Source: Alloascoidea hylecoeti
Lineage: Eukaryota
Direction: 5' to 3'
DNA: 64,000 nucleotides
NCBI GenBank assembly: GCA_001600815.1
Contig: BCKZ01000006.1
Span: forward strand, 683,048-747,047
Of this stretch, positions 50,806 through 63,810 are shown piece by piece. Under the pieces are notes generated by a model, which worked only from the letters and a program-made list of their open reading frames with translations, made no database searches and had not been told where the DNA came from. The number at the start of each line of letters is the position of its first letter. Positions within the stretch are counted from its first letter, which is position 1. A program made the position numbers and the translations under genes.

Positions 50806-52392
50806 TTAAATATTTTCATTTGGGTATTCTTCATACTCAAAACTTCTTTTCTTATTCTCTTCATCATAGACACCATTATATTTAGCATCTTCTATCGCTT
50901 GCAACACTCTTTTATTACTTAAATCTCTGTGTCTTTTCTCGGGTCCAAATAATGTTACTATAAGAAGAAACCCAAATACGCATCCCATAAAAATAGCCAT
51001 AACCAATGCATAATTATAAACACCATCTCTTTCATTGCCTTGTTCATCGTATAATGGAAATCTCTCTCCTATTGTTGCTTCAATTGTTGAGGAAGCCGAA
51101 GAAACCAAATTTCCTAATTGATAGATTGTTCCGACTGTAAATGCTCTGAAATTTTGAGGTGATAATTCACTTAAATGAATTGGTACAATTCCCCACCCCC
51201 CCATAACAAAGAACTGAATGAAAAACGCGCCTGCATTTATCGCACTTGACCTAACAAAGGCCCACGGATAAATCATAGCCCCTCCTCCAATACAACAAAT
51301 AATTATCATCAATCGTCTTCCAAAAAGAGAAGAAGCATGCCCCATAACAATACCCCCAACTATCCCACCAATATTAGCAACTGAATTGGTAACTGTTGAT
51401 CTATCAGTACCAAAACCTAATTGTACAGATAACAACGTTGGGAATAAATCTTGAGACCCATGAGACATGAAATTAAACCCAGAAGTGAAAAATAATAAAT
51501 AAATCATCAACAACCAGTACACCTTAATTGCTTGGAGTCCCTCATGGATAAAATGGCTAGAGTGACCTTGTTGGTCATGACCATGTTCCTTCATTTCTTT
51601 TCTGATCTGTTTTTGTGCTTTAAAAGCTTCGGTCTCATCCATAGAAAACCTCCAAATTGCAAATAAAAGAGCAGGTCCTGAAGAAAACCAGAAAATAGAT
51701 CTCCAACCTTGTTTTGTAGTATCAACTAAAGCTCGATTGAATATAATAACTAATAAATAACCTAAACAGTACCCTTCTTCTAATATTCCCGAAATGATAC
51801 CTCTTGCGTCTGCTGGACAATCATCAAATGCTGTTGCTGAGGCATTACCAAATATACCTCCCATTGCAATACCAAATAAAGCTCTAACTCCTAAAAATTG
51901 CTGATATGTCTGTACAAATCCAGTACCAATTTGCAAAACAACAAGTAATAATAAATTTATAATATATGGATATTTTCTACCATATCTATCACCAGCGATT
52001 CCAAAAATAACCGCTCCAACAGATCTCAACATCAAAACCAAAGTAATACCCCACGTAACATCTTTTGTACTAACATCAAAGGTTTTTGCAATAGCTCGAA
52101 CGTTTAATGAAACAGCAAAAAAGTCGAAGGCATCCCATGTCCAGCCAGCCATTGCAATTGCAAAAAAGTTCCATTGTCTGAGCGTTAATTGTTTCAATGG
52201 CTTAAATGGGTTTAAATTATATTTTGCTTCCTGTAAATCCTTTTTTGTAGGTAGGAGTGTTGTGAAACAATCTTTGAGATATTTTGTTATCGTTGATCTA
52301 TTAATTACTGGGGGTTTTTCCTCTAACTCATGCTCCAGTATATGCGCAGTGATATTAATATCATTGTTGTTTGCAACCTTCACATCTGACAT
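50806..52392 (-). CDS. JEN1: MFS carboxylate transporter (Jen family)
   Basis: WTWDAFDFF, LVLMLRSVGA, signature NFMSHGSQDLFPT, GWGIVPIHLSELSP. Confidence 0.9.
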   Translation of the reverse strand: MSDVKVANNNDINITAHILEHELEEKPPVINRSTITKYLKDCFTTLLPTKKDLQEAKYNLNPFKPLKQLTLRQWNFFAIAMAGWTWDAFDFFAVSLNVRAIAKTFDVSTKDVTWGITLVLMLRSVGAVIFGIAGDRYGRKYPYIINLLLLVVLQIGTGFVQTYQQFLGVRALFGIAMGGIFGNASATAFDDCPADARGIISGILEEGYCLGYLLVIIFNRALVDTTKQGWRSIFWFSSGPALLFAIWRFSMDETEAFKAQKQIRKEMKEHGHDQQGHSSHFIHEGLQAIKVYWLLMIYLLFFTSGFNFMSHGSQDLFPTLLSVQLGFGTDRSTVTNSVANIGGIVGGIVMGHASSLFGRRLMIIICCIGGGAMIYPWAFVRSSAINAGAFFIQFFVMGGWGIVPIHLSELSPQNFRAFTVGTIYQLGNLVSSASSTIEATIGERFPLYDEQGNERDGVYNYALVMAIFMGCVFGFLLIVTLFGPEKRHRDLSNKRVLQAIEDAKYNGVYDEENKKRSFEYEEYPNENI

Positions 52393-54026
52393 TTTGAATT
52401 TTGAATTTGTGATTTGAATTAGAGTAATTAAGCTTGGGACATACAGTTATCGAAGGTTGTCACCTTCATTTATATAGTTTAAACATATACACTTATAAAA
52501 CTATTTTAAGTAATAATGAGGAGAAGAGTGAGAATTTGTAACTTTATATAATTAAAATATCTTTATAGTTTGAAATTGTTCAGCCGGCCCGAATATTATT
52601 GGACCATAATTACGGAATTATTATGGAAATATAGTTTATAGATAAAAATTTAAGTGGAGAAAATAGTAGGAGTAAACAGAGTCATGAGTAAATATCAGTG
52701 GTATATATACAAAACTATCCTGGTACATATAAAATCCTCTATAGTGTAGTGAGTTAGTAACTTTAAACTTGAACGTTTGTAGATAAAGCACTGTTAGCAA
52801 TTGCTTTTATTACACTTCCATTCCATCTGTAATAATAAAGTTTGCTTGATTATTATCAGAGATGAGAGAGGTGTTCCAAACTACCAATTATTATATACTA
52901 CACAGCGCGCGGAGAAAAGGAAAAATATAATAATTGTTGAGTAGTGAACTTACAGGTGTATGAGCCATATAATCTTTCAACTCATGTTTGCCTGACGTTA
53001 AAAACAACAGAACCACACTCAAGGATCATTCAAGCTTAATGTATTTATAAGTGACAAAATCAATTGGGACAAAATCAATTGGAATGTGCGCCAGGCCTAT
53101 AGCTACAGCTAGCTAGCGGCTATTTAAGATTGGAAATAAAATTGATATATACTGTTCCATCCTTTGGTGTTTGCGAAAATTGAATTATCAATTTAGAATG
53201 AGCTCCAATATAATTGTAAACTTATAATATAAGACTTCACAAACACAATTAATATTAAGAACGTGAACGTTAACAAGAATCCGGAAATGATTGAACTATC
53301 AATAAGAACTTTTAGTTAATTAATACTTTCGTTTGATTAGCCTTGTTTACTAATCTAGATAGTGCGTCTGGATTGGAGTTGGAGTTGGGGTCTACGAAAG
53401 GGTGCATACATAAGGCTGATTATATTTATTATTAGGTTTTTGAAAGCTAAAACAGAGTGTGTCCACTGCATAAGGCTGAACTGATATGGACCATGGCAAA
53501 ATATATAAAGATCTATGTTATAATAATTAAAAACACTAGATTTAGTGAAAATTTTATACCCAAAACTTCCTGGTTATTTGATAGCCAGGATTAATTAAAC
53601 ATTAATTTTTAATTAGCGTCTTTGGTCGATAATGTTACATTCTTAGCATATCGCTTACCCCACCCTTTATTTTCAGGTCATGCGTTAATCGGATGCAGGA
53701 AAATCCCGAAGAGGTAACTCTTTCATTTGGTTGGTGGTAAGCATAATCAATTCGTCGTTGAATGTATATACGTTACACTTTGAAGGTTGTGAGAATTATT
53801 CTGTAGTAAATCTCATTTTAATTATTAGTTGTGTAGTTATTCAATCCGCCGTAGTGGAATAGAAGATGACTCAAATAATTCACATAATACCGGAAAAATT
53901 CAATTACTCATATGCATGCCTCAGGTTCATCTTGTCACCACCGTTTATCTTAATTATGATTATTGTGGATAAAGTTAATTTTCAAATCTTTAATCAAATG
54001 CAATCATCAATATATATTAGATAATT

Positions 54027-55610
54027 TTATAAAGTATATCTAAAAAGCGGATTTTCAAAATCAGTTAAATCTGCAAATTCTATATTTTCAATGTTTCCTA
54101 AACGGCTCATTTTAGCATCCTGCTCTTCATCTTTAACTTTGTTTGCCCTCCAATTAATATAATAAATTATCATAATCACCAGCGTATTTACGCAATAACA
54201 AACGACCCAGGAAATCTTTGCACCTGTATATCCTGGGGCCTGGTTGCTGATAAAAGTTTGAGGTCCAACTACATTTCCAACTGCATAGCCAACTAGATAA
54301 ATTGCATTAACAGTGACCTTTTTCGTATAACCTGCTGTATTGGCAGAGAAGCAAGATAATAAACAAATTATTGCAATAGGAGAAATTGAAATCAAATAAT
54401 ATCCTGCCAATCTAGCCTTATCGTTAGAAGCAAATGCAAACATACAAGTGAATATGTCAACTAGAACCATCACAACAGAAGCAATGGCCATTCGATGTGG
54501 TATCCACCTTGACATCAGACCAAATAAAGGAAGTGCAACTAATTTAACAGCCCCTGCTGGCATATCCATTAATAACGCGTGAATTTTAGTGTAACCAAAA
54601 TCCTCTGTCATAACTATGCTGCTAAAACTTTGCATACCACCATTTGGAATACAACTGGTAATTCCACCAATAAAATAAAGATATGTTCTGATATCCTTAA
54701 ATGCTTCAATAAATTGATATTTCTTGAAGTGTTTATTTCCAAAACCTTGTTGATTGCCTCTAATTCTTACAACGACTTGCTTTCTCTCTGTTTCACTTAA
54801 GAACCATGCTTTTGAGGGAACATCAGGTAAATGAAAATACACAATAAATGAAAGAAGAATTGTGTATAACCCAATTATAATGAATAGAATTTTCCATGCC
54901 TCTATACTATATTGGTCTTGTCTGGTTGCTAGCCCATAAGCAATCCCGGCACCCATAATTGTACCAAATCCATTAAAGGCAAACCAAATAGAAGTTCTAA
55001 AAAATTGTTCCTCTTTTTTATACCATTGTGATGTAATTAAAACAAAAGCTGGTGTTATAGCTGATTCCAACATTCCTAATGCAGTTCTTAAAAAAACAAA
55101 CCCAGCGTAATTTGGAGTTGCATGTAAACAAATGACTATTCCCCATAATAATATAAAAAAGCTAATTGTTTTCGCCAAAGGGAATCTCTGTAAAAGAAAA
55201 GAAGAAGGAAATTCAAACACCAAATAACCAAGATGAAATGCTGTTCCAGTCCAAGAATACATATTTCCTTTCATATTTAAATCTTTTCTTAAGCCCATGA
55301 TTGATGCATAGGAATTTGAGGTTTTATCCATATATTGACACGCGTAGAGAATACACATGACTGAGCAAACGTATAAATCTATTTTTCTTAGTAGCCTTCT
55401 GTTCGTTGCTTTATCAATTGTGAGTGAGTTATCAAAATATTCCAATGCCTGATCAACTTCTCCGGCCTTTTTGCCAAATTTTTTATCCTGTTTTTCATTA
55501 TCTTCATTTTTAGAGCTATCAGTATCGCGTTGACGTTCACTGGATGCCTTTTCATACCCGGCATTATCTTCATGAAGAACTTCAGCTTTATCTGAGTTGA
55601 AGGAAGTCAT
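54027..55610 (-). CDS. MFS allantoate/ureidosuccinate permease (Dal5-like, ACS family)
   Basis: LLRKIDLY, SQWYKKEEQFFR, RIRGNQQGFGNKHFK, NTAGYTKK, FADLTDFENPLFRY. Confidence 0.9.
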   Translation of the reverse strand: MTSFNSDKAEVLHEDNAGYEKASSERQRDTDSSKNEDNEKQDKKFGKKAGEVDQALEYFDNSLTIDKATNRRLLRKIDLYVCSVMCILYACQYMDKTSNSYASIMGLRKDLNMKGNMYSWTGTAFHLGYLVFEFPSSFLLQRFPLAKTISFFILLWGIVICLHATPNYAGFVFLRTALGMLESAITPAFVLITSQWYKKEEQFFRTSIWFAFNGFGTIMGAGIAYGLATRQDQYSIEAWKILFIIIGLYTILLSFIVYFHLPDVPSKAWFLSETERKQVVVRIRGNQQGFGNKHFKKYQFIEAFKDIRTYLYFIGGITSCIPNGGMQSFSSIVMTEDFGYTKIHALLMDMPAGAVKLVALPLFGLMSRWIPHRMAIASVVMVLVDIFTCMFAFASNDKARLAGYYLISISPIAIICLLSCFSANTAGYTKKVTVNAIYLVGYAVGNVVGPQTFISNQAPGYTGAKISWVVCYCVNTLVIMIIYYINWRANKVKDEEQDAKMSRLGNIENIEFADLTDFENPLFRYTL

Positions 55611-58600
55611 TTTTCGATGAATGAGAAATAGTTATAAGAGCAAGTACTGAAAAATGTCTTAGTCCACAATAGTGAGAATAGTCATTATATATAAAAATAT
55701 TTTTTATACCAAAAAGAGTTACGGATATTCAACAGAAACTAAGATACCCACCATATCCGCATAAAGGATAATATGATTTACTACCCCACAGTCAATTAAT
55801 TAAGCATCAATTAAGCATTAATTATGCTTTAACTTTAGGTTTACTATGTATATAAGCTTTACTTTTGTGGAGATCTATACCATTCCTAGCAATTATGTAT
55901 GCCATATGCATATCATCGTTATATATAATATAAGGGAATTGGAATTTGCAAACTTATAGCACTTTAACATTTTATATTATATTCATTAGATATCTTTCGT
56001 AAATCAAATCATTTTATTTGCAACAATTAATCCCGAGTATAATGCTTAGGGCCGAGGGTATTAACTTAAGAATTTTGAATTTAGAGTTGCGAAATACTTA
56101 GGTAAAGATATACGATGAATTATATTAGCCAGCTTAGATTGGTATAAGTCTTGAAAAGCCTCCAAATATGCATAAGCAACATTCATGCTCATATTTATCC
56201 GGTTGCAAATTAAGCTGCATGTTGAAGTTCTGAAAAAAAAACATTTCCAATATGCATATTGCTTTATATTGAACTTGTTCTTTCAACCCAACCATAACTT
56301 CTACATGATTCCATGGTTTCATTTTATCACAACTGTTTAATATATCGATATCCATATCTTACACTTTGTAGATATAAAATCAGGTTGAGTTACTAAAGTG
56401 ATCTCAGTTATCTATTATAAATTTAGGGGAATATCTAGTCTTTATTACTATTCTAGAAAATTATTGAAGACAAATTTAATATAGCGAATCATAGCAAGAC
56501 AGATCTGCAACACAAATATAAAAGTCAAAGGTTTCCCGGATTAATTCAACCCCGGTTTCCAACTCTAATATTCCAACTTTAATACTTTAAACTTCACAAA
56601 ATTGTGTTAGAGTGGGACTATGGAAACTACGGAGACACACCTTAAAGAGTTCCAGTTATCTGTACTAGTGATATAAAGAAACCGGATATCAATAGATGTA
56701 TTGGTATATACGACTAAGTAGAACTAGAGAAGATGGCGCGGGATTAGATAGGAAAGGAATAACACCAGTTCTGGTTTATAATTAATTGTCGCCCCGGTGG
56801 ATATATGATTACAAACTGTATTAGTAGTTCAATTATAAGCTCATAAAAGAGTCACGTAATTAATAGGGTCCAATGGATTAACTCTGAAGTATACAGCCTT
56901 CGGGGATCTCTAATTATAGTATTTAATTTTAATATATTCGGGATCTTATTTATTATACAGAAGTTACTTATACTTTATTATAAGTATTAAGGTTAATCAA
57001 GAAGTGGAACAAAAATAACGTTTGCTCATTACTAAGAGACTTAGCTTATACAAGTTACAGTTAATTATGACCTGTTCAAGGAGAGTTGGACACTATAATG
57101 ACATAACAGTCGCGCTCGCGCTTACACACGACATAAGGGTAACGCCCATTGGTGTTGGGCAATGAGGGGTTTTGGACGCATCATCGAACTAAAATTTTCA
57201 TCGCGATCAACAAATACTTTTTTGGAATTTTTTTATTGGATATATGTATTCTACCATATACCTATTCAATATCTTCGATGTGTTGTAAAGTTTTTTTCCC
57301 AGTTCAACTTTTGTTTCTGAGAGACCTTCTTTTGGAGGGTGTTTTCCTCACAATCTGCCAACCTTTTCCCGTACGCAAAAGATATCTAATGAAGACGGTT
57401 AGACTAACCTCTTCTGTCATTTTATAAATTCCCCCCTCCTCCTCCTTATAGGAAACGCGATCAAATGCTTCTAGCATCCGTACAGTACTCTTCATATGTC
57501 AGCGCTTAAATTCAGGCAGCGAATCGGGATTTTTGAGGATCTCCCACATCACACCAATGCATGCTGTCTGATGAGAATCTATTCCGTATTTAGACCCAAG
57601 GGCTTTATGTAATCCCTAGCCCAAAGTTTTTAAATCGTTTTAGGTTGGTTCTATATCAACTAAAACAACACTAGATGAATTAAAGGAGTGTATAGCACTG
57701 TGTACTAGTGGAGGAAAAGTCGATAATAATCCCTTATTGTGGTCATGCGTACTTCACTAGATAGTCTTAATGAAGTTTGCCTTTTTAGTACCGTAACAAC
57801 CGATGGGTGGGTGACACATTCTAACGAGATGATGCTTATTACAATGCTTAGAAAAAGTTGAAACAGGAACCTAAAACGATCCTTGCAATCAAGAGTGGGG
57901 TATTAAGAACATAGAGATAAGAAAAGTGAGATAGGATATGAAATTGTGAAATATGCATTATACCAGTATATAGTTATAGGAGTTATGTAGAGTTATAGAT
58001 ATAGAGAGAAGATTACTTCCTGAAAGTTTATGAAAATTCATTTGCTAAAGATCAATTAATTGTCATCATTAGATTATTATCATTCTTTTCTTTACAAGGC
58101 CAATCAACTTCAATAATACAATCACAACAAATATTGAAATTCACTCTTAACGAGTTCAGTTTTTAGAATTCTTCTTTTAAATTTCAGTTGCATTATTATC
58201 TTAAAGTCATTATTTTGTGTTTGTGTTTGTATTTGTATTGGAATTATTATATACCGAATATCGTAGAATCAGGAATAGCTCAAGAATATTTTTGTTTCCG
58301 CTATCATAATAAGTAACTAGTTGCAATGTTTACAATTATAAATTCAATTAATGTTTTGAGTGAAATCCGGGATCACAGATCGAGCCGAGAATCTTTCTTC
58401 CAATGAGCCATAACAATATCTAGTTCTGTTCTTCATTATCATCTATCATATGCATAAGTAATTACAATCTAATTTTATAGATCTGCAGTTCCTTGACGAC
58501 ATGGAGAAAAGAGAGGTGATTTATGAGCCATTAACTAACTACAGAAGGTGGTTTGATTTAAATAATATACCTCTTTTGTCTTTTATAATAAGGTTATACT

Positions 58601-58909
58601 TACTAAATTTCTAACGATGATAGTAAAAATATATGTTCAAAATAAACTTTTTACATGAGCATTGAGCACTAATTACTTATTTATTGATTATAATTAAGGG
58701 GAAAAATGTTATAAATCTCTTTGTAAAGCATGTCCTCCTTATACAGGTGCCATTGCTAATCTTCTCTGTATCGTTTCAAATTGATCAATGTCCACGAAGG
58801 GATTTAACGACCAAAGATTCATGTATAAAAAGACCTTTTCAGGCAAAAATATGAAGAAGGGCCTAGGAGTGCCAGCACCAACGAGGATCGCTTCAAAAAT
58901 AAAAATAAA

Positions 58910-58980
58910 TGCGTCAGCCCGGAGTCGAACCGGGGGCTCTTCGATGGCAACGAAGAATTTTACCGCTAAACCACTAACGC
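58910..58980 (-). tRNA. tRNA-Gly(GCC)
   Basis: Reverse complement GCGTTAG...anticodon loop TTGCCAT...GGTTCGACTCC...CTGACGCA, followed by T-runs. Confidence 0.95.
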
Positions 58981-59287
58981 CTTGAAGTGTTCGAAATAGA
59001 ATCGATGTTTTAGGAAAGATACCATTAGGAAAATGAAAAACTCTAGAAAAAAGTGTTATTTGAAAATTATTAAGTTGAAAGAAAAAAAAATATTAAAGAT
59101 TAAACTGGTAACGTGATAAGAAGGTGTACAGCATGCAAATAAGAATCTGCAAGTATTTCGAATAATATTATTGAAAACGGAAGAAATTTGGAGTTATTTG
59201 TATTTTTCCAGAGTAATCCTTGGTCTAGTACAATAATTACCATTAAGATAATCAACGAAATTCCAAACATATTATAATTCTGACATC

Positions 59288-61042
59288 ATGGTATCAGGCA
59301 TCTGGTGGAAAGAAGCTTCAATTTATCAAATTTATCCATCCTCTTTCCAGGATTCGAATAATGACGGAATCGGCGATATTCCTGGAATAATTTCCCGTCT
59401 TGATTACATCAAATCTTTAAATGTTGATGCTATTTGGCTATGTCCCTGTTTTAAATCTCCACAAGTGGATATGGGATACGATATTAGTGATTATAAAGAT
59501 ATTCACGAACCATATGGTACAATGAGTGATATTGATGAATTGATTGATGGATTACATAAAAGGGATCTAAAGATTTTAATGGATCTGGTAGTCAATCACA
59601 CTTCAGATCAACATGAGTGGTTTAAAGAATCTAGAAAATCTAAAGATAATGAATATAGAGATTGGTATATTTGGAAAAAGGGGGTATATGATAAGGATGG
59701 TGTAAGACATGCCCCAAATAATTGGGGTTGTTTCTTTAGTGGTAGCGCCTGGGAATATGATGAGTTAACAGATGAATATTATTTGCATCTTTTTGCAAAA
59801 GAGCAACCTGATTTAAATTGGGAGAATCCGAAAGTTGTTGATGCTGTTAAAGATATTATAAAATTCTGGCTAGATAAAGGTGTTGACGGTTTCAGATTGG
59901 ATGCATTAAATTTCATAAGTAAAGAAAGTGGGTTTAAAGATACGATTTCCAGAACTGGGGAAAATGCTAGAAATAAATTTCATTTTCCTGGTGAATATTT
60001 TAGAGGGGGTCCAAAATATCACAACTTTTTAAAACAAATTGGTACAATTTTAAATAAGTATGATGCATTTAGTGTCGGAGAAATGGGGGGTATGTATGAC
60101 CCAAATGAATTCGTTAAAACTGTTTCTAAAGATAGAGGTGAATTAAATACAGCTTTTCAATTTGAATTATCTGATTTAGATCTCGGTAGAGAAAATAGGT
60201 GGTTTAAAAGGGATTGGACAGTGGAAGATATATCAAAAATTGTTGGAAAATGGCAAAAGTTCATGTATGATAATGATTGCTGGAATGCTTTATTTTTAGA
60301 AAATCATGATTTGGGTAGATCTGTTTCTAGATTCACCAACGATGATCCGAAATTTAGAGATTATGGTGCGAAACTATTATCAATTTTTTTATCTTTCCAA
60401 TCAGGGACCCTATTTATTTATCAAGGTCAAGAGATCGGTACTCCAAATGTATCAAAAGATTGGAAATTATCACAATATAGAGATTTGGATACATTGAACC
60501 CTTATAAGGAGGCTGTATCTAATGGAGCTACAAAAGAGGAACTAGAGTCAATGATAGAACAATTTCGGTTAAGATCAAGAGATAATGGTAGAACCCCAGT
60601 TCAGTGGAATAATAACAAATACGCAGGATTCTCAAATGTGAAACCTTGGATTGATGTAAAAGATGATTATTTACAAGTCAATGTTGAATCTCAAGAAAAT
60701 GATCCAAAATCCACCTTAAACTTTTGGAGAAATGTTCTCAGTTCAAGGAAATCGTCTGCTGCTTTATATATCTATGGATTATTTGAAATGATACCACATC
60801 AGAGGAAGTCCTCAAATATATTAGCGTATATTAGAAGGTCTGGAGATGAAAAGGCATTAATTGTTTGTAATTTTTCAAAGAATGAAGTTGATTATGAAAT
60901 TCCAGTGGAGTTTACAACAATTACAGGAAGTTTTATTTTGCATAATTATGATGATGAGTTTAAAATCAATAAGAATGAAGATAGTTCTGGATTTGTTAGA
61001 TTACGACCTTATGAAGCATTTGTTTATCAGGTAAACTTATAA
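59288..61042 (+). CDS. GH13 alpha-glucosidase (maltase/oligo-glucosidase type)
   Basis: WWKEASIYQIYP, DLVVNHTS, QPDLNWEN, GFRLDA, VGEM, LENHD, SRDNGRTPVQW. Confidence 0.93.
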   Translation: MVSGIWWKEASIYQIYPSSFQDSNNDGIGDIPGIISRLDYIKSLNVDAIWLCPCFKSPQVDMGYDISDYKDIHEPYGTMSDIDELIDGLHKRDLKILMDLVVNHTSDQHEWFKESRKSKDNEYRDWYIWKKGVYDKDGVRHAPNNWGCFFSGSAWEYDELTDEYYLHLFAKEQPDLNWENPKVVDAVKDIIKFWLDKGVDGFRLDALNFISKESGFKDTISRTGENARNKFHFPGEYFRGGPKYHNFLKQIGTILNKYDAFSVGEMGGMYDPNEFVKTVSKDRGELNTAFQFELSDLDLGRENRWFKRDWTVEDISKIVGKWQKFMYDNDCWNALFLENHDLGRSVSRFTNDDPKFRDYGAKLLSIFLSFQSGTLFIYQGQEIGTPNVSKDWKLSQYRDLDTLNPYKEAVSNGATKEELESMIEQFRLRSRDNGRTPVQWNNNKYAGFSNVKPWIDVKDDYLQVNVESQENDPKSTLNFWRNVLSSRKSSAALYIYGLFEMIPHQRKSSNILAYIRRSGDEKALIVCNFSKNEVDYEIPVEFTTITGSFILHNYDDEFKINKNEDSSGFVRLRPYEAFVYQVNL

Positions 61043-61365
61043 AATTTTATCTTATCTAATAAATCTTTGTTTTATTATTGCTGCAATTGGTGTCCATTAA
61101 TCCTTTGTAATGCACTAGATTTTTTTTATTTTTACCATATATTTAATTAGATAACGGTCTACCATTTTTGGATTTCAGTTCTTGCAATTGGAACCTCGAC
61201 ACGGTTGATCTACGACTCCAATTTGGGTTTCACCCCAAAAGGTCGGAGTCTGATTATTTACAAGCACATGACCTTAATTACATAATCACAATAATAACAA
61301 AGCCACCTTCTTCTTTCTATCATCAGTTGAAGAATTGAAATTGAAATTGAAATCTAAAGAAAAAG

Positions 61366-63792
61366 ATGTCCAACACATCTTCTTCAACTCCTTTCAAGTC
61401 AGATCCACAGGACTCTAAGTTAAGGCAGCGTCTTCAATCCGATAACGATACACCTGTTACTCTATCATCTCTTTTGAAAACTAAGAATGACGAAGATAAA
61501 GATGAAGATGAAGAGGAGGTGTTTGATGAAGAAGATATGAAAAGACAATATATTGCAATCATAGATTTTATTAAAAAAATTGAAGCTATAGTTGCTCCTA
61601 TAATATTCACAATAATTGGTGCTTATTTCAGATTGAAGAATATAGCAAAATCAGATATTGTGGTTTGGGATGAGGCCCAGTAAGTTTATATTAGAATATT
61701 CCTTGGAAAGTATTTATTAAACTAACTAGTTTATCAATCAATCAATAGTTTTGGAAAATTTGGATCTTATTATTTAAAACATGAATTTTATTTTGATGTT
61801 CATCCACCTTTAGGTAAACTCTTAGTTGCATTATCAGGTTATTTAGCAAATTATGATGGATCTTTTGATTTTGATTCAAATACAAAATACCCTAAAGATG
61901 TTGATTTTGCAGCAATGAGAGTTTTCAATTGTTTGTTTAACATTGCTTGTATTCCAATTGGTTATTTCACTGCAAAAGAATTAAAATTTAGTTTATCTTC
62001 AGTTTGGTTATTAACAATAATGGTTACTTTCGAAATGACTTATGTTGCATTATCGAAATTTATATTATTAGATTCTTTCTTATTATTTTTCACTTTCACT
62101 ACTTTTTTCTGTTTAGTTAAATTTTATAATCTAAACAATCAATTAAATCAACAAAAAGACTCTAGATTTAAACTTAAACTAAAATGGTTTAGTTGGTTAA
62201 TTTTATCAGGAATATCAATTGGTTGTGTTTGTAGTATTAAAATGGTTGGACTATTCGTAACTTCAATTTTTGGCTTGGTTACAGTTATTGACTTATGGAA
62301 ATTATATTTAGACAAAACAATTAGTTGGAAGGCTTATTTAACACATTGGTTTTTTCGTATTTTTGGATTAATCATTGTACCTTTTATGACATTACTTTTC
62401 ACTTATAAAATTCATTTTGATATGCTTTATAAATCAGGTACAGGAGACCCAAATATGTCATCTTTATTCCAAGCAAATTTAGAAAATACTGAAATAGTAT
62501 CGGGTCCAAGATCAATTGCATATGGTTCAAAAGTTACTATTAAATCCCAAGGTTTAGCTCCTGGTTTATTACATTCACATACTCAAAGATATCCAACTGG
62601 TTCACTACAACAACAAATAACGACGTATAATTTTAAAGATGATAATAATGATTGGATTATTGAATTTCCAAGACTTACTTTTAATGATAAAGAACTTTAC
62701 TTTTCAACAGTTGGATTAAATTTCCCCCCACAATTTATAACCAATGGTAATAAGATTCGGTTACAACATATCCACACAAATATTAATTTGCATTCTCATG
62801 ATGTAGCAGCTCCATTATCACAAAAATTATTTGAAGTTTCAGGGTATGGTAATCAAACAATTGGTGATGAAAAAGATAACTGGATTGTTGAAATTGTTGA
62901 TCAAGCTACGAGCGATGAAGATAAAGACAAAATACATCCAATAACAACTTCATTTAGATTAAAACATCAAAATCTCGGTTGTTATTTAGCAACCACAGGT
63001 AATAATTTACCTGCTTGGGGTTATAGACAAGGTGAAGTTGTATGTAAACATGCATGGAATCCAAAGGATAAATTAACATGGTGGAATATTGAAAATCATG
63101 AAAATGAAAGATTACCACCACCTCCAACAAATTGGAAACCACCAAAGACTAAATTTCTTAAAAACTTTATATTAATGAATATTGCAATGATGTCAAGTAA
63201 TAATGGATTAGTTCCAGATTATGATAAACGTGATCCAATTGCTTCTGAAGCATGGGAATGGCCAACTCTACATGTTGGATTACGATTATGTAATTGGGGT
63301 ATTAAAACATTAAAATTTTATTTAATTGGTAATCCAGCAATTGTTTGGCCAACAAGTTTATCAATAATTCTATTTATTTTAGCAACTGGTATATCAATTT
63401 TATTATGGCAAAGACAAGTTATAAAAATAAATGAATCATTTTTAAATCATTATTTTATAGCAGGTTTAGTACCATTTTTATCATGGATTATGCATTATTT
63501 ACCATTTGTTATAATGTCAAGGGTAACATATGTTCATCATTATTTACCAGCGGTTTATTTTGCAATGATTGTTTTAACTTATTTAATTGATGAATTTAGT
63601 AACAGATTTATATTATTCAAATTTAAAAATAATGGTAATATTTTAAATGTTGTAATTTATTTTGCATTTTATGCTTTAATTATTTCAACATTTATGAAAT
63701 ATTCTCCATTATGTTTAGGAATGACTGGTTCTCCACAAAATTATTCAAATTTAAATTTATTAAAATCATGGAAACTAACATCATTATTTTAA
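61366..63792 (+). CDS. Protein O-mannosyltransferase, PMT2 subfamily (PMT6-syntenic); intron 61680-61748
   Basis: VVWDEAH|FGKFGSYYLKHEFYFDVHPPLGK, MIR repeats (LLHSH), RVTYVHHYLPA. Confidence 0.92.
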
Positions 63793-63810
63793 ACATACTT
63801 ATTATATATT

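Noticed and set aside
57430..57480. LEAFDRV resembling the LINE reverse transcriptase AFDxV motif
   Set aside because: No upstream catalytic Asp context, QG or YADD motifs nearby
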